Shown one piece after another: positions 13,028 to 26,000 of a stretch of 64,000 nucleotides of DNA (position 1 is the first letter of the stretch; every line of letters starts with the position of its first letter). The position numbers were made by a program, and so were the translations under genes. The notes beneath the pieces are model-generated. The model ran no database searches and was not told the origin of the DNA. It saw only the letters and a list, made by a program, of their open reading frames with translations. This stretch comes from Mobula hypostoma. Its lineage: Eukaryota. The stretch is from NCBI RefSeq assembly GCF_963921235.1, contig NC_086108.1, forward strand, positions 49,540,001 to 49,604,000. The letters are read 5' to 3'.

Positions 13028-13359
13028 TATATGAAAGACCTCTCTTCTGATAACCCGAATTCTACTGAATTGTGATGTTTTCTGGCAACCTGCTTTAAAA
13101 AAAACAAAATATGACACCCAGAGGCAGGACCTGAACGTCATTACCTCATTGTTGAGCTGTGATCAATTGTCATTGCTTGCAGCATAGACTGCACCTCACC
13201 AAGGTGTGTTCATATGTTTTGCATGACTAACAGATAGTCAGCCAGAATAACTGGACCCACCCATGATCATATGAGAAAAAATCATTTCCAGAGGGCCTCT
13301 AGTAAGACAGCTGTGTTGTGAAAATTAAGAAATTCAGATGTTTAAAATCTGAAATAGAA

Positions 13360-14440
13360 TATAGAAAATTTGGCTCATGATTTTGTGCCAATCTTTTAAC
13401 TTACTCCAAGGTTAATCTAACCCTACTCTCCCACTTAGCCCTCCATTTTTCTTACTTCCTTGTCTCTTAAATATCCCTAAAGTATCTGACTCTACCACCA
13501 CTTCCAACAGTGTTTTCCATGCCCCAACCACCCTGTGTATATATAAAAACCTCTGACATCCTTCCTATACTTCCCTCCAATCATCTTAAAAGTATGTCAT
13601 TTTGTATCAACCATTGCCGTCCTGAGAAAAGCGTGCTGGCTGTCCACTCTGTCTACGCCTCCTAACTTACTCACCTCTGTCAAATTGCCTCTCATCCTCC
13701 TTCACTGCAAAGACAAAAGCCCTAGCCCACTCTACCTTTCCTCACAAGACATGCTCTATAATTCAGATACTTTCCTGAGAAATCTCCTCTGAGCTCTCTC
13801 TAAACCTTCCAGATCCTTTCTATAATGGGGCAATTGGAAGTGAATGTAATCCTCAGCATGTGGCCTAACTAAAATTTTATAAAGCCGTAATATAACTTGC
13901 TGACCTTTAAACACAGTGCCTTGACCAATAAAGGCAAGCATGCCATATGCCTTCCTTACTACTCTATCAACTTGTGAGGCCACTTTCAGCCAGCTATGCA
14001 CTTGGAATCCAAGATCCTTCTGTATGTTGAAAGCAGTAAGGATCCTGCCATTAACTGTGCTTTTCCTTTACATTTGATCTCCTAACATGCAAAACATCAC
14101 ACTTCCCTGGATTAAACTCCATCTGCCATTTCTCCAGCCATATCTGCACCTGACCTTTTGGCAATCTTTTGCACTATCCACAATGTCACCAATTTTGTTA
14201 TTGTCTGCGAAATTACTAACCCATCAATGTTTTCATCGAAGTCATTTATATATGACAAACGGCAGAGGTCCGAGAGTATCGCTAGCCTCAGATCACCAAA
14301 ACAGACTAAGACCCATGGACTACTACCCTTCATAATCTAGGGACAATTCTGAATCCAAACGCAACATCACCATGGATCTCATGGATCGTAACCTACTGAT
14401 TGTCTCCTTTGAGGCACATTGCTGACTAGCTTTCCACAAT
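13360..14440 (-). mobile_element. Decayed CR1 3' portion
   Basis: ORF 13756..14001 LKVASQVDRVVRKAYGMLAFI...LYKILVRPH; ORF 14112..14333 YINDFDE. Confidence 0.88.
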
Positions 14441-15026
14441 CCATCCACCAGTCGCCTTTGCTACTTGTAAGAAATGACCTGCTCCACACAATCTCCCTAA
14501 TCAGGCCAAACATACATAAATCCTCTCCAATAGTTCACTGATGCATGGCATAAATTTATCTGCCGGAGCATTTTAAAATTCTAGACTGTTGAGAATTAGA
14601 GGCTCCAGAAAACAAAATGGTGTATTTGAAAAGTTAAAATTTTAAAGTTTAAAGCCTTTTGGCTAGCAAAAAGACATCTCATGCACACTCACTGATGAGC
14701 TGTTCCTATTACTAAGCTGACAGTGTTATGAATACACCTATATCCTGTTATCCCAACATAAAGTGGACATGACAATGTAAGTAAATAATTTGTAAATAAT
14801 TACAAATACAGAACACATGAAAGCTGAAGGAACTACTTAACACAACATTCCTCCTTATATATCTAACATTTTGTTCCTATATTCTGCTCACTTAATCAAA
14901 ATTATATCCAGAACTTGCTAGTTAAGGGAAATATCACAATATTTAATTAAACATGCTTTTATTAAACCTGTTGATCTCTACTGATGACAAATTTGCTTTA
15001 ATAAAGCTCTTTTACTCAGAAAATGT

Positions 15027-15330
15027 GGGGCACCTCTGCAGCATAGTATTTAGCGTGACGCTATTACAGCTCGGGACGTCAGAGTTCAGAGTTCAATTCC
15101 AGTGCCGTCTTTACGAAGCTTGTATGTTCTTCCCGTGAGCATGTGGGTTTCCTCTGGATGCTCTACTTTCCTCCCACAATTCAAAGATATACTGGTTAGT
15201 GGGTTAATTGGTCATTGTAAATTGGCCTGTGACTGGGCTAGGGTTAAATAGGCGGGTTGCTGGGCAACGTGGCTCCAAAGGCTGGATGAGCCTGTTCCAC
15301 CCTGTATCTCTAAATAAAATAAAATAAACA
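15027..15330 (+). mobile_element. V-domain SINE (HE1-like)
   Basis: tRNA-like head with B-box-like gttcaattcc, V core gtgggtttcctctggatgctctactttcctcccaca, CR1-like 3' end and (aaaat)n tail. Confidence 0.75.
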
Positions 15331-15639
15331 AAAATGGGAGAGTAGGAAATAGAATTTTATTTCTTTATTTATTCATTGATGGGATGTAACTACTAACAGT
15401 GATGCAGACTTATCATCCCACCTAAATGCCCTTAAACTGCAATGGTACTGAAGAGTCAATCATGTGCAGGATGAGCGAATGTTACGCTGGAGCAGACTTT
15501 GAAGAAACTCTGCAAATTAGGAAGAGTCAGTCAGAGTTGACCTCCTGTGCCTACTCTGCCATTTAATGATAATGGCTGATCTGACTGTATTCTTGACTCT
15601 GCCCCGGTGATCTTTTACCTCCTTTTTTATATTTAATAT

Positions 15640-15890
15640 TGATGGTGATGAGGAAACAGATTAGAGCAAGATAGATTAGTTGATTGCGAGGTGCTGCAAT
15701 AACAACCTTGCTCTCAGGGTTAATAAGACAAAAAAAATGGTTTGCAGACTTCAGGAAGAACAGGAGACCACACACAGGAGGGATCAGCAATAGAAAGGGT
15801 GGACAGCTTCCAGTTCCCGGTCATCAGCATCTTAGAGGATCTATTCTGGGTCCCACATATTGATGCAATCATGAAGGCGGTCCAATAATT
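15640..15890 (+). mobile_element. Decayed Rex1/Babar-like RT fragment
   Basis: aataacaaccttgctctc...aagacaaa...gacttcaggaag and a V..F.F.G..I..DL.W-type segment. Confidence 0.55.
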
Positions 15891-16689
15891 AAGAGGGTGC
15901 AGGTTCAAATTTTAACATAAATTTGGCATAATAATATAATAATAAAAAGTTTTACGTTTAAGAAATGCTAGAATAAAAGTGTCCATCTGGAGAAAATAAT
16001 TCTTTAGCGCACACACTTTAGAAAGTAAATTGATATTCTTTCATCCTATTTGGCCTGTATGTGACCACAGTCTCATCTATCTTCTTCAAGACCAAGTAGC
16101 CCTCTCAGCTTTATTGCAATACAATTACTTACAATTTTTCACCTCCTCAGGGCACCTGGTGTTGGGCAATTAGAGCTAGCTTTGCCAACGATGCCCACTA
16201 AATAACAACTGAAAAATTACCTTGATACCACACTTTGGGGAAAATTCCAATTCCTGATTACTATCTGATTGTCTGATAGAGCGAGTTGAATCCAGTTGTG
16301 TTAGTCCCTCTCCAGGTTCATGTTCCTTTGCTGAAGTGTTTAGTTACTACGAAATCATATTGCAATATGAATCAGTGCACAGACGATGAGAATAAATACT
16401 AGCTTCCTGAATGTATAAAAGCTCTCCTTTGTACTGCTGGAATATATACTGAAAGAGCCAACTTAGCTTGTTTACCGCTTCAAAAAAGTGAAATGAACTG
16501 GTGGGTAACAAATGCATTTTTTTTAATTGAAGGATTACCCTGATCTATAGCAATTGCTTCTACTTCTCAAAGGAACAAGAATTCCAAACCTTAGCCAGCA
16601 GGCACAGTGTTGCAAATACACTGGAAGCATTTCACCTTCTCTCAACAGGTACTTTCCAAAGGCTTGGCACTATTCCAGAAGAAGTAGTC

Positions 16690-16968
16690 TGGGCAGGGCA
16701 GGGCAGGGTGTAATGTTTTGTAAGGGCTGAGTTCTGTTCTGAATGATAGAGCAAAGCCACACAATGACAGAGGGCTGGGCTCCTGTACATGTCTGAATCA
16801 CATTGGGAGACTCTGATCACAATTTATTGCAGGAGATTCTGAGATGTGTCAGAATTAGTCAAGCAGCGAGGCAATATAAGTTCACTTGATGAACACCTTA
16901 CTATACATTTCTTCTTCTACGATAGTCAACGCCAGTTAAGTTGTATGGACTGAACTCCTTGGTTGAAA
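16690..16968 (+). promoter_or_regulatory. Putative LAMC2 core promoter and 5'UTR: G-tract cluster 16691-16708, AP-1-like TGAATCA 16794-16800 and TTAGTCA 16855-16861, TATAAG 16875-16880
   Basis: Motifs read directly, lying just upstream of the signal-peptide exon in a stretch with no recognisable repeats. Confidence 0.55.
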
Positions 16969-17068
16969 ATGAATGCACTCATCTTACTGGCACTGACTGC
17001 TTACAGCTTTCTTATTATGTTATCCCATGTATCTGGCACCTATGTTTGGACTGGTAGAAGATACGTAG
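16969..17068 (+). CDS. LAMC2: LAMC2 exon 1 (coding part): signal peptide MNALILLALTAYSFLIMLSHVSG-TYVWTGRRYV
   Basis: AAAATG start, hydrophobic core, VSG cleavage-type end, AG|GTAGGT donor in phase 1 matching exon 2, TATAAG about 95 nt upstream. Confidence 0.82.
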
Positions 17069-20000
17069 GTAGGTGTCTACATTTATTTTTCCATTTGTAA
17101 TTACACATTAACAAGGATTTCAAAGTCTGAGTGAACTGTGGATAGTTAACTTACAAAAGTTATAGAATATTATGATGTTTCAATGCTGAACTGGTTATAT
17201 ATTATTGAACATGCTTTGAGTGATTTTGTGTGCTGTTGAATAGGTAAATTATAAATTGTATTATTTTTATTACTGCTTGTTATTTTAAATAATATTAAGT
17301 CCTAATGCAAAATTTCAGCTTTTATTCACAAGAGAAATACAAAGCAAGGGAAAAATCTGAAAAATCTCTTCAATATAAAGAGATGAATGTTTGCTGTACT
17401 TTCTACTGTTAATGAAAAAGGTGCAGAATTTAAAATACCGGCTCTGAAATTAGTTCAATCCACTGGTTGGAAAGTGGCAATGGATATTCATTTGCTGTTT
17501 ATGTATACATTATATGTTATGATTACTTGCCTGTCCCCAGTTTAACTGTATTTCAAGATGTTCTTAGATAGGCAGAGATTTTTTCTGAATATATGTAAGT
17601 TGAGGCCATGTATATCGAGAATGGAATTCCACGCCAAAAATTACAAGTCCCATCAATCCATCGCTGGATTTCCCAGTGCACAAAGCATCAGATCCCGTTT
17701 TTAATGACATATTTACCTGCAATTAATCGCAATATATTTCTAACTTATAATGTGTATCTCCCGTCTCAGTTTTATTGCTTTATTCACCTGAGGAAGCTCC
17801 TCCTACACATCCTGGGTGATGTTATTACTCTTCTGTAAGCTCTGTCAGCAAGTTGTTATGTCTCACTTGGACAGAGGAAGCAGCTGTGACAAATGGAGTA
17901 TGGAAAGTGCAGACAGCTTCCTCAAGAGGCATCAGCCAATTTGCAGGCTTCGTGGATCAAAAGTCCCTCTCTTGAATCCAATTAGTTCGTTCTACAATAC
18001 TGAATCATAAGGATAAAATCAAAGTCATGAGAACTCTTTGATAGTTACTGGCATGTTAGAGCAGAGATTCGGGAAACTAGAAACAACTGGCACTCTCCAG
18101 AATGAGTCTCCGGGAGAGTTTCCAGCATCCCAGCAGTGCATGGAATCCCACTCCGCAGCAACAGCAACGGAGCATTGGACAAACATGGGCAAGGGGAAGG
18201 AGAGGATAAGACAGGGTATAGGTTAACCATTTGGAAGACGGGACCAAGTGTAGCGTATCCAAATTGCTAATGGCACTAAATTGAGTGGGAACACATGCTT
18301 TTCAACTCATTTTACGTCATCAGCAAACTTAGACATGCTACACTTGGTCCCCTCTTCCAAATATGGAGAGTCTGCAAAGAGATACAGATCGTTTAAATGA
18401 GTGGGAAGGACTTGATAGATGGAGTACAGCACTGAAAAATTTGAAGTCATCCAATTTGGAAGGAAAAATAGAAGATCAGATTTTCATTTAAGTGGTGAAA
18501 GTTTGCACTATGCTGTTGAGCAGAGGAAATTGGGAATGCTTGTGCATGATTTGCAGAAGGTTGGTTTGCAGATGCAACGAGTTATCAAGAAGGAAAATGG
18601 AATTTTGGACTTCACTGCTAGAGAGATTGAATTTAAAAGCAGGGATGTTATGCTGCAACTGTACAGGGTTCTGGTGAGGTCACATCTGGAGTACTGCATG
18701 CATTTCTGATGCTTGCCGTGTTTTGTTTGTTTTTTTTTGATGATCATGATGGCTTTCTTTTCGTCTTGATTTCATGGCTACCCGGACAAGAAGAATTTCA
18801 GAGTTGTGTACTTTGAAAATAAACGAATCTTGGAACGTTTGATTCTGGAGATGAAGGGGTTAACTATTGAGGAGAGATTAAATTGCCTGGGACGACATTT
18901 GTTGGAGTTCAGAAGAATGAGAGGGGATCTTAAAGAAATATATAAAATTATGAAAGGGATAGATACGATAGAGGCAGGAAAATTGTTTCCACTTTTAAGT
19001 GAGACTAGAATTAGGGGACATAGGCTGAAAATTCTGGGGAATAGCTTTAGGACGGGCAGAGCACCAATCTTTTTGGAAGTTACGTATCTCACCTGTTACC
19101 TCAACACCACCTCTTTAGTCAAGAAAACACACTTCCTGAGGAGATTGAGGCGAGCATGGCTCCCCACCCCTATCCTAACCGCATTCCACCAGAGCATCAT
19201 TGAGAGTCTCCCACCCAGCTGTACCTACACCGGTCATGAGAAGTGCAAGGCATTTGACTGCAAGACCCTGCAACCGATTGGGGTGACTACAGAGGGAATA
19301 ATCAGAGTCTGTCTTCTCCCCATCCAGGATATATACCAGAAGCACTGTGAGGGCTCTCTCAGTGCATTGTCAAGGGCTCCCTTCCCATCCATCCCACAAT
19401 CTCTTTGACTTCCTATTGTCAGGCAGATGAAACTGAAGTATAAAGAACAGGGACTGCTAGGCTGGGTAAAAGCTTCTTCCCCCAATGTCCAAGAGCTCTG
19501 AGCACCCTGATACCACCCAGTGCAAATTATTTATGACAGCGCCGGTAGCATTATACTGTTGTATATTTAATTATGTGCTGTATGTGCACTTTAGGTCAAC
19601 TTGTACATGGAGAGAATATCTTTTATTGTCTGTTAATATTACTTTATGTGCTGCATATGTACTGCGTTTTGCACCTTGGTGCGAGAGGAACATTGTTTCG
19701 ATTAGCTGTATACATGTGTACAGTTGAATGACAATAAACTTGAACTTGAACCTGCTTTTCCCAGAGACAAATTCTGCACCCAGGGAAGCAGTAGAGGCTA
19801 CCACATTAAATATATTTAAGACACAGGTAGATGGATTTTTGCATAGCAGGGAAATTTAGGATTATGGACAATATTTTCCTTTACAGCTGCACGGGCCAAC
19901 CATTCTCTGAGCAGGAATTTTTTTTTTTACACGGCCTGGAAACTGTGCAGCACTTTAATATAACATTATATAAAAGAAAGCTTCAGCTGTATGGTAACGG

Positions 20001-23000
20001 AGGCTATGTGCCTTCTTTTCTCATCTTCTTAAGGGTGCCTTCCAAATGTTCCACAGCAAGAGATGTGAGAGATCAGCTCTCTACTGCAGGATTCTGGTGG
20101 CCTGCTCGTTCCCCTGCGCTGATAACTTAAGCATACCTCCTCTGATCAACATTCCTGTTAACAGTCCTCAGTGCCCCCTTGCTTCCACCTTGGAGCCCCG
20201 CTGACAATGTGGGAGTGCAGCAAATGAGAAAAGATGCATGGGGGTGATAGCAACTGTGATAGTTGTCTATTTTAGACACTGATCTCAAAGGGATGGGTGA
20301 TTCTGATCTGTGATGTTTGATGTCAATCATTTACGCAGAATGGGTCTGGGTCAAAACAGAATCTCCAAACCACCTGTCGGCTCATTTTAAATGCATGGCT
20401 GGTGACAATCAGATGAGCATTGTTAAAATTATGGACTGCAGCAGAATGGGGGGGGGGTTCTTATCTTGGGCATCAGTTGAACAACATGGCTGGCTGCGCT
20501 TTGGGCATTGTGGGAAAAGCTAAAGATACTATCTGTGTGCTGTAATCTTGCTGCAGCCAGCATGGCACCAGACCAAATTTCAGAGCAAATGTGCCTGATA
20601 TTTTGTAGAATAATTAGGATGTCAATTTTATTTGGGATAACAGAGTGGCTGTTGTCTTCTAAACCAAACAGAAAGGCCATGATTCCTATCATTGCTTCCT
20701 CCCTATGGTGTGCTTCAGAGAGGGTCAGCTACAGTATTGATCTGATAGCCTTCCCCCATTCAACGAGTCCTTTGGACCCATTGAGATGAGAACCACACAG
20801 CGGAAAAGAATCAGAGAAAACCTTCCCTAGAAAAGTTTCAATTAAGGCAACTCCCAGCTTTGTAGCAGTAATGTAACCCTTCTTTACTGGTTGGAGAATC
20901 ACAGAGCTCAAAATGACAGACTGATAGTGCATAATAGGCTAAAGGACAACATGTTGGGCCAGTATATCTAACCCACTCCTCAACAGCTTCATACTTAGCA
21001 GGAAGTGTTGTAATATGCACCACAGGATAAAACTCTGTCTACCCTACTGAATTCCTGCAAACCAGTCTCTCCCTCGATCAAAACCCACACTGTATATGAT
21101 TCATTGGCAATGCCTGTGTTAATAATGCTGGCATTAAAGGTACACCCCATAAAATGTGTCTTTTTCCTAACTTGGTAAGCAACCCTGACATTCAAATTTC
21201 TTTTACTACGAAAGAATGTTTGGGAACAAAATTTTCCTCACTGCAAGTTTTGACTATTGTGCATTTTACAAATGCAGCGAAGAGATTTTGAAACTACATC
21301 GTGACTCTTAATGTCTAGAATGCTATTACACATTATCAAGCTCAGTAACTTATCTTCATCAAATCCTGATGCCTCGTATGAGATAAAATACTCTTTAGAT
21401 TGAAAATCAACAAGTGTGGGAGTACAGTAGTCTTTTGGCTCCCAGAATGTGTCCTCCCAACAGGGCATGAGTGGAGAAATACATAAAGCAAATCTGGTTG
21501 CAACTGTCATGGAAGATTTTAATTTACATACTGATCAGATGAACCAAACTGGCTGGGATATCAGAGAAGACAAATTTGTGGTGTGAGATAAAGACAACTT
21601 CATTCAATAGTATGATACAGAACCTACTCAGAGATAGACAATTCAGATTCATCAATAAGGATTCATAAGGCATCTTAAGGTTATAGTTCCTCTCAGTGGT
21701 AATGACCACTATGTAGAATTCCAGATGCAGTTTGAGAAACAGCAATAAAAGATCTAAACCATTGTCTTCAACTTAAATAAGGACAATTCATGGTACGAAA
21801 GTGGACTGCACAAAGTGGACCTGGAATCTAAGCTAAGAGACAGGCCAGCAGATGAACAATGGTAGATATTCAATCCGCTTGTCCTTAACACTCAGCAGGA
21901 ATTTATCCCAATTAGTAAGAGAGATTCATGATAAAGTGGAATATTCTTTGATTAACAAAGGAGGTCAAAAATAATATTAAATTCTAAGTAGGGCATACAA
22001 AATGACAAGGGCTAGTGGTAGGCCTGAGGGCTAGGAAGATTTTTAGGACCCAGCAGTGAAAGACCAAAAAGCTCATAAAAATATCTTAAGAGAAAACTTG
22101 TGGGCATAAGAAATAGTAGGAATTTCTAACAATATATAAAGAGTAAGACAACAGCATTCAGGCATTTGTGCCAAGATGCCAGGCAATGACCTTCACCTAC
22201 AAGAAAAAGTCCAGTCAGCTACCCTTCATATTCAATGGTATTACCATCAAAGATTTTCCCCACCATTAAACTTCTGAGATTAACACTGATCTGAAACTCG
22301 ACTGAATCAGCCACAGAGGTATAGTGGCTCCAACAACAGGTTAGAGCTGCACATCATTTGATGTCTTACTCACTCCCTAACATGACAAATCTCTTCCAGT
22401 CTTCAAAAGGAATGTAATGGAATATTCCCCATTTTCCCAAGTGAGTTGCATTCTAATAACATTTACAAAGTTCAGCACCATCCAGGACAAAACAGCATAT
22501 TTTTTACAGTAGTATAGCAGTTAGCTTAACACTATTACAGTGCCAGTAACATGGATTCAATTCCCACCACTGTCTGTAAGGGGTTTGTACGTTCTCCCCC
22601 TGACCACGTGGGTTTCCTGTGGGTGCTCTGGTTTTCTCCCACATTGCAAAGACGTATGGGGCAGTAAGTTAATTGGTTACATGGGTGTAATTTGGCAAAG
22701 GTCCGTTTCTATGCTGTTTCTCTAAACTAAACTAGAACTATTTGACTGGCGTTTCATCAAATAACGTGAACATCTGTCCCCTCCATCACCAATGTACAAG
22801 GCTGTAATATTTACCATCTGCAAAATGCACTGCGGTTATTTACCCAGGGAATTTGTCCCATCCTACAACTTCTACACCCTGAGAGGCACAAGGGCAGCAG
22901 GTACATCCTGCCTTGCAAATACCATCCCTTCATCATTAGGTCTAAAACCTGGCACACTCTACCCAACAAAATTGTGATGGTACCTTCATTAGAAGGACTA

Positions 23001-26000
23001 CAGCAGCTGAAGGAGGCAATCCACTACCTCTTTCCCAGTGGCACTCTGAGATTTACAAGCCTTATCAGTGACAACTGCATGTCAAATAAAATATTCTTGT
23101 GAGTATAAATGTGCATTCTTCTTCCTTTAGTAAATGGCTATTACTAATATTGCTGTGCTGAATATAGATGCCAATTTTAAAAGGCAATGTATTGTTTAGT
23201 AATTCCCATAACTACAAATCAACATATACCATGAGAGGCCAGAAACTTCACTGCAATTGCAAAACCCTTATCGCTCTTCCCTGTCTTCCTAAATCTGTTG
23301 TGTGTGGTGACAGGCATGATGATATAGGGATCAGGTATCCAATGCACAACAGCAATTCCAAACAAGTTCAGAAACCTATTTAGTGATTTGCAACTCAATA
23401 AACAACATTTCTTTTCATTTACCTCGGCTCTGGTTATAAACCACTGTATTAATCCCACCCAGGCACACATCAGCTGAATGCTGAAGATCGATCAGTGTTC
23501 AATTAACTATAGTCTACACCTAAAAGATGTTCCGGAAGCTATCTGTCCAGCACATCAGTGGCTTTAAGGAAGCAGATCTCAAGAAAAAACACAAGATGCT
23601 GTACTTAAGTACCAGTAAAGCTAAAAACTAAAAAGATTATTGTTGTTGTTTAAAATAATCCTTTAAATATCTCATTATTTGAAGACCTTCATTGTTCCTT
23701 CCTTTTTCAGCACTTGCATACAGCATCATAGTTCAGTCTTCTCTACTCATGGCCCAATGGCATATAGGGTGTAGAACTCAACCATTTGGATAGATGGAGT
23801 TAAGATCGGATACAATCCAACTGAATAATGGGACAGACTCAAGGGGCTGCGAATAGTCCATTTGCATTTACATAGCAACTATTACATTGACTTAAAGCAC
23901 AACACATCTGAAGAAAAGTTGTTACATCTGCAGCAGAGAGCATAATTGATATGCCTCTATTACCTGGAAGTTGTCCATCTCCTTGGACATCACTTCTACT
24001 GAGCACATATGATTGGTTGCAGGAGAGGGCAATCTATTCACTTTACAGGGATAAGGAATAAAGAAGGTAATTAATAACTTGTTCAATGATTTAAGTGTCT
24101 TAATATGTTTTGATGAATTTTTAGTACAAAAGATATTTCCATCAATGTTAATCAATTTAAAACGTAAACCAAACTTCGACGGGCCCATCCTCACACATGC
24201 AACTTTGCCTTTGCCAAACCCTGTGAGGGGCACTGGAATTTGAGATAGGGATAGGGTTGGCTCTAAACATTGTACCACTCAAGGACTAGTTGCCATAAGA
24301 TCTCACCAATCTAGTTGAAGAGGCAAAGGTTGGGCAAGATTGCTGAGTCCAAACAGGTGGGGTTATGGTATCGGGCTATCTCATCCAGTATGATCCAACT
24401 CAGTAATGCTTCAGCATTGATAATTTCAGATTTTGCTCTACACATTTAATGCCTTCTTTTTTACATCAACTGCATTAAGCAGTGACACTGTGTTGTGCTG
24501 TCTGTAGGATATATGCAATAAATGTTAGGATATTTACAATAAATGTCAGGATATATACAATAAATGTTAGGATATTTACAATAAATGTTAGGATACATGC
24601 AATAAATGTTAAGGCACTAATGAAAACTGATGGACAAAGAGAGCTTCTGGTTCAAACTCTGTTGTTCCCTGAAAGAGGAAAAATATGCTCAGTGGCCACT
24701 TTATTAGGTACAGGAGTAGAACCCGGTCTGGTCTTCTGCTGCTGTGAACCATCCACTTCAAGGTTTGACATGTTGTGTATTCAGAGATGCTCATCTGCAC
24801 ATGACTGTTGTAACGCATAGTTATTTGAGTTACTGTCGCCTGCCTGTCAGCTTGAACTAGTCTGGTGATTCTCCTCCGATCTTTCTCAATAACAAGGGGC
24901 TTTTGCCCACAAAGTTGCCGCTCACTGTATGTCTTTTATTTTCTTGTTCATCTCACCTTTCTCTGTAAGCTTAAGAGAATATTGTGTGTGAAAATCCCAG
25001 GATATGAGATACTCAAACCACATCAATCATCATTCCATGGTCAAAGTCACTCAGATCACATTTCTTTCCCATTCTGATGTTTGGTCTGAGCAACAAATGA
25101 ACCTCTTGACCATGTCGGCATGCTTTTATGCATTGTGTTGCAGCCACGTGATTGGCTGGTTAGATATTTGCATTAATGAGCAGATGTACCTAATAAAGTG
25201 GCCACTGAGCATATATAGATAGGGAGTAGGCATACTTATTTTCATAGGTCAAGACATAGAATATAGAAATTGGGATGTTATATGGGAACTTTACAAAACA
25301 TTGACCAGGACACACAGCAATTGTGTGTACTTCTGATGGCCTCACTATAGGAAGGATGTGGTTGCAGAGGAGTTCCACCAGGATACTGCCTGAAATAAAG
25401 GACTTTAGCCTTGGGGTAAGATTGAACTGACTGGACTTGTTCTCCCTGGAGTGAAGGAGACTGAATGGTGTCCTTTACACAATATTGTAAAAGGTATAGT
25501 TTCAGTGGATAGTCAGAATCTTTTTCCAGTGTTAGGGGCATCAAAAAAACCAGAAGCCATAGGACCAAGGCGAATGGAATGAATTTTAAAGGGGACGAGG
25601 AGAAAGGTTATTTCTTGCACAAAAACTGGTTAATATCTGGAACTTGTTGTCAGAGGAGATAATGGAATCAGATATAATCACAGTTTTTAAGAGACAGTTA
25701 GTTAGACACTTGAAGAAACAAGATATTAGAGGATATGGACACAATACAGGCAAATCGTATCATGTAAATGGGTAAAAAGGTTGACATGGACATGGGAGGC
25801 CATAGGGCCTATTTCTGTGCTGTATGAATTTATTATTCCCTTTTTCCCTTTAATACAGCAAGAGGCATCAAAGTAAAAATAAAGTTGTGTCCTCTATTTT
25901 CCACCTTTGAAATACATCTTCAAGCATAAATATGTATACCTGTACAATCAGAGTCAAAAATAGACAGACACACACTCCCTCTGTGGTTTGCAGGTAATGT

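Noticed and set aside
15027..15120. tRNA gene
   Set aside because: It is the decayed tRNA-like head of a V-SINE; I could not form a full cloverleaf.
18806..19408. 200-aa ORF as a novel gene
   Set aside because: It is a chance in-frame join of a CR1 fragment and a nested Rex1-like fragment.
24505..24610. CRISPR-like array or repeat protein (ORF 24482..24820)
   Set aside because: Contiguous 21-bp tandem units without unique spacers in eukaryotic intron DNA; the ORF follows from a unit length divisible by three.
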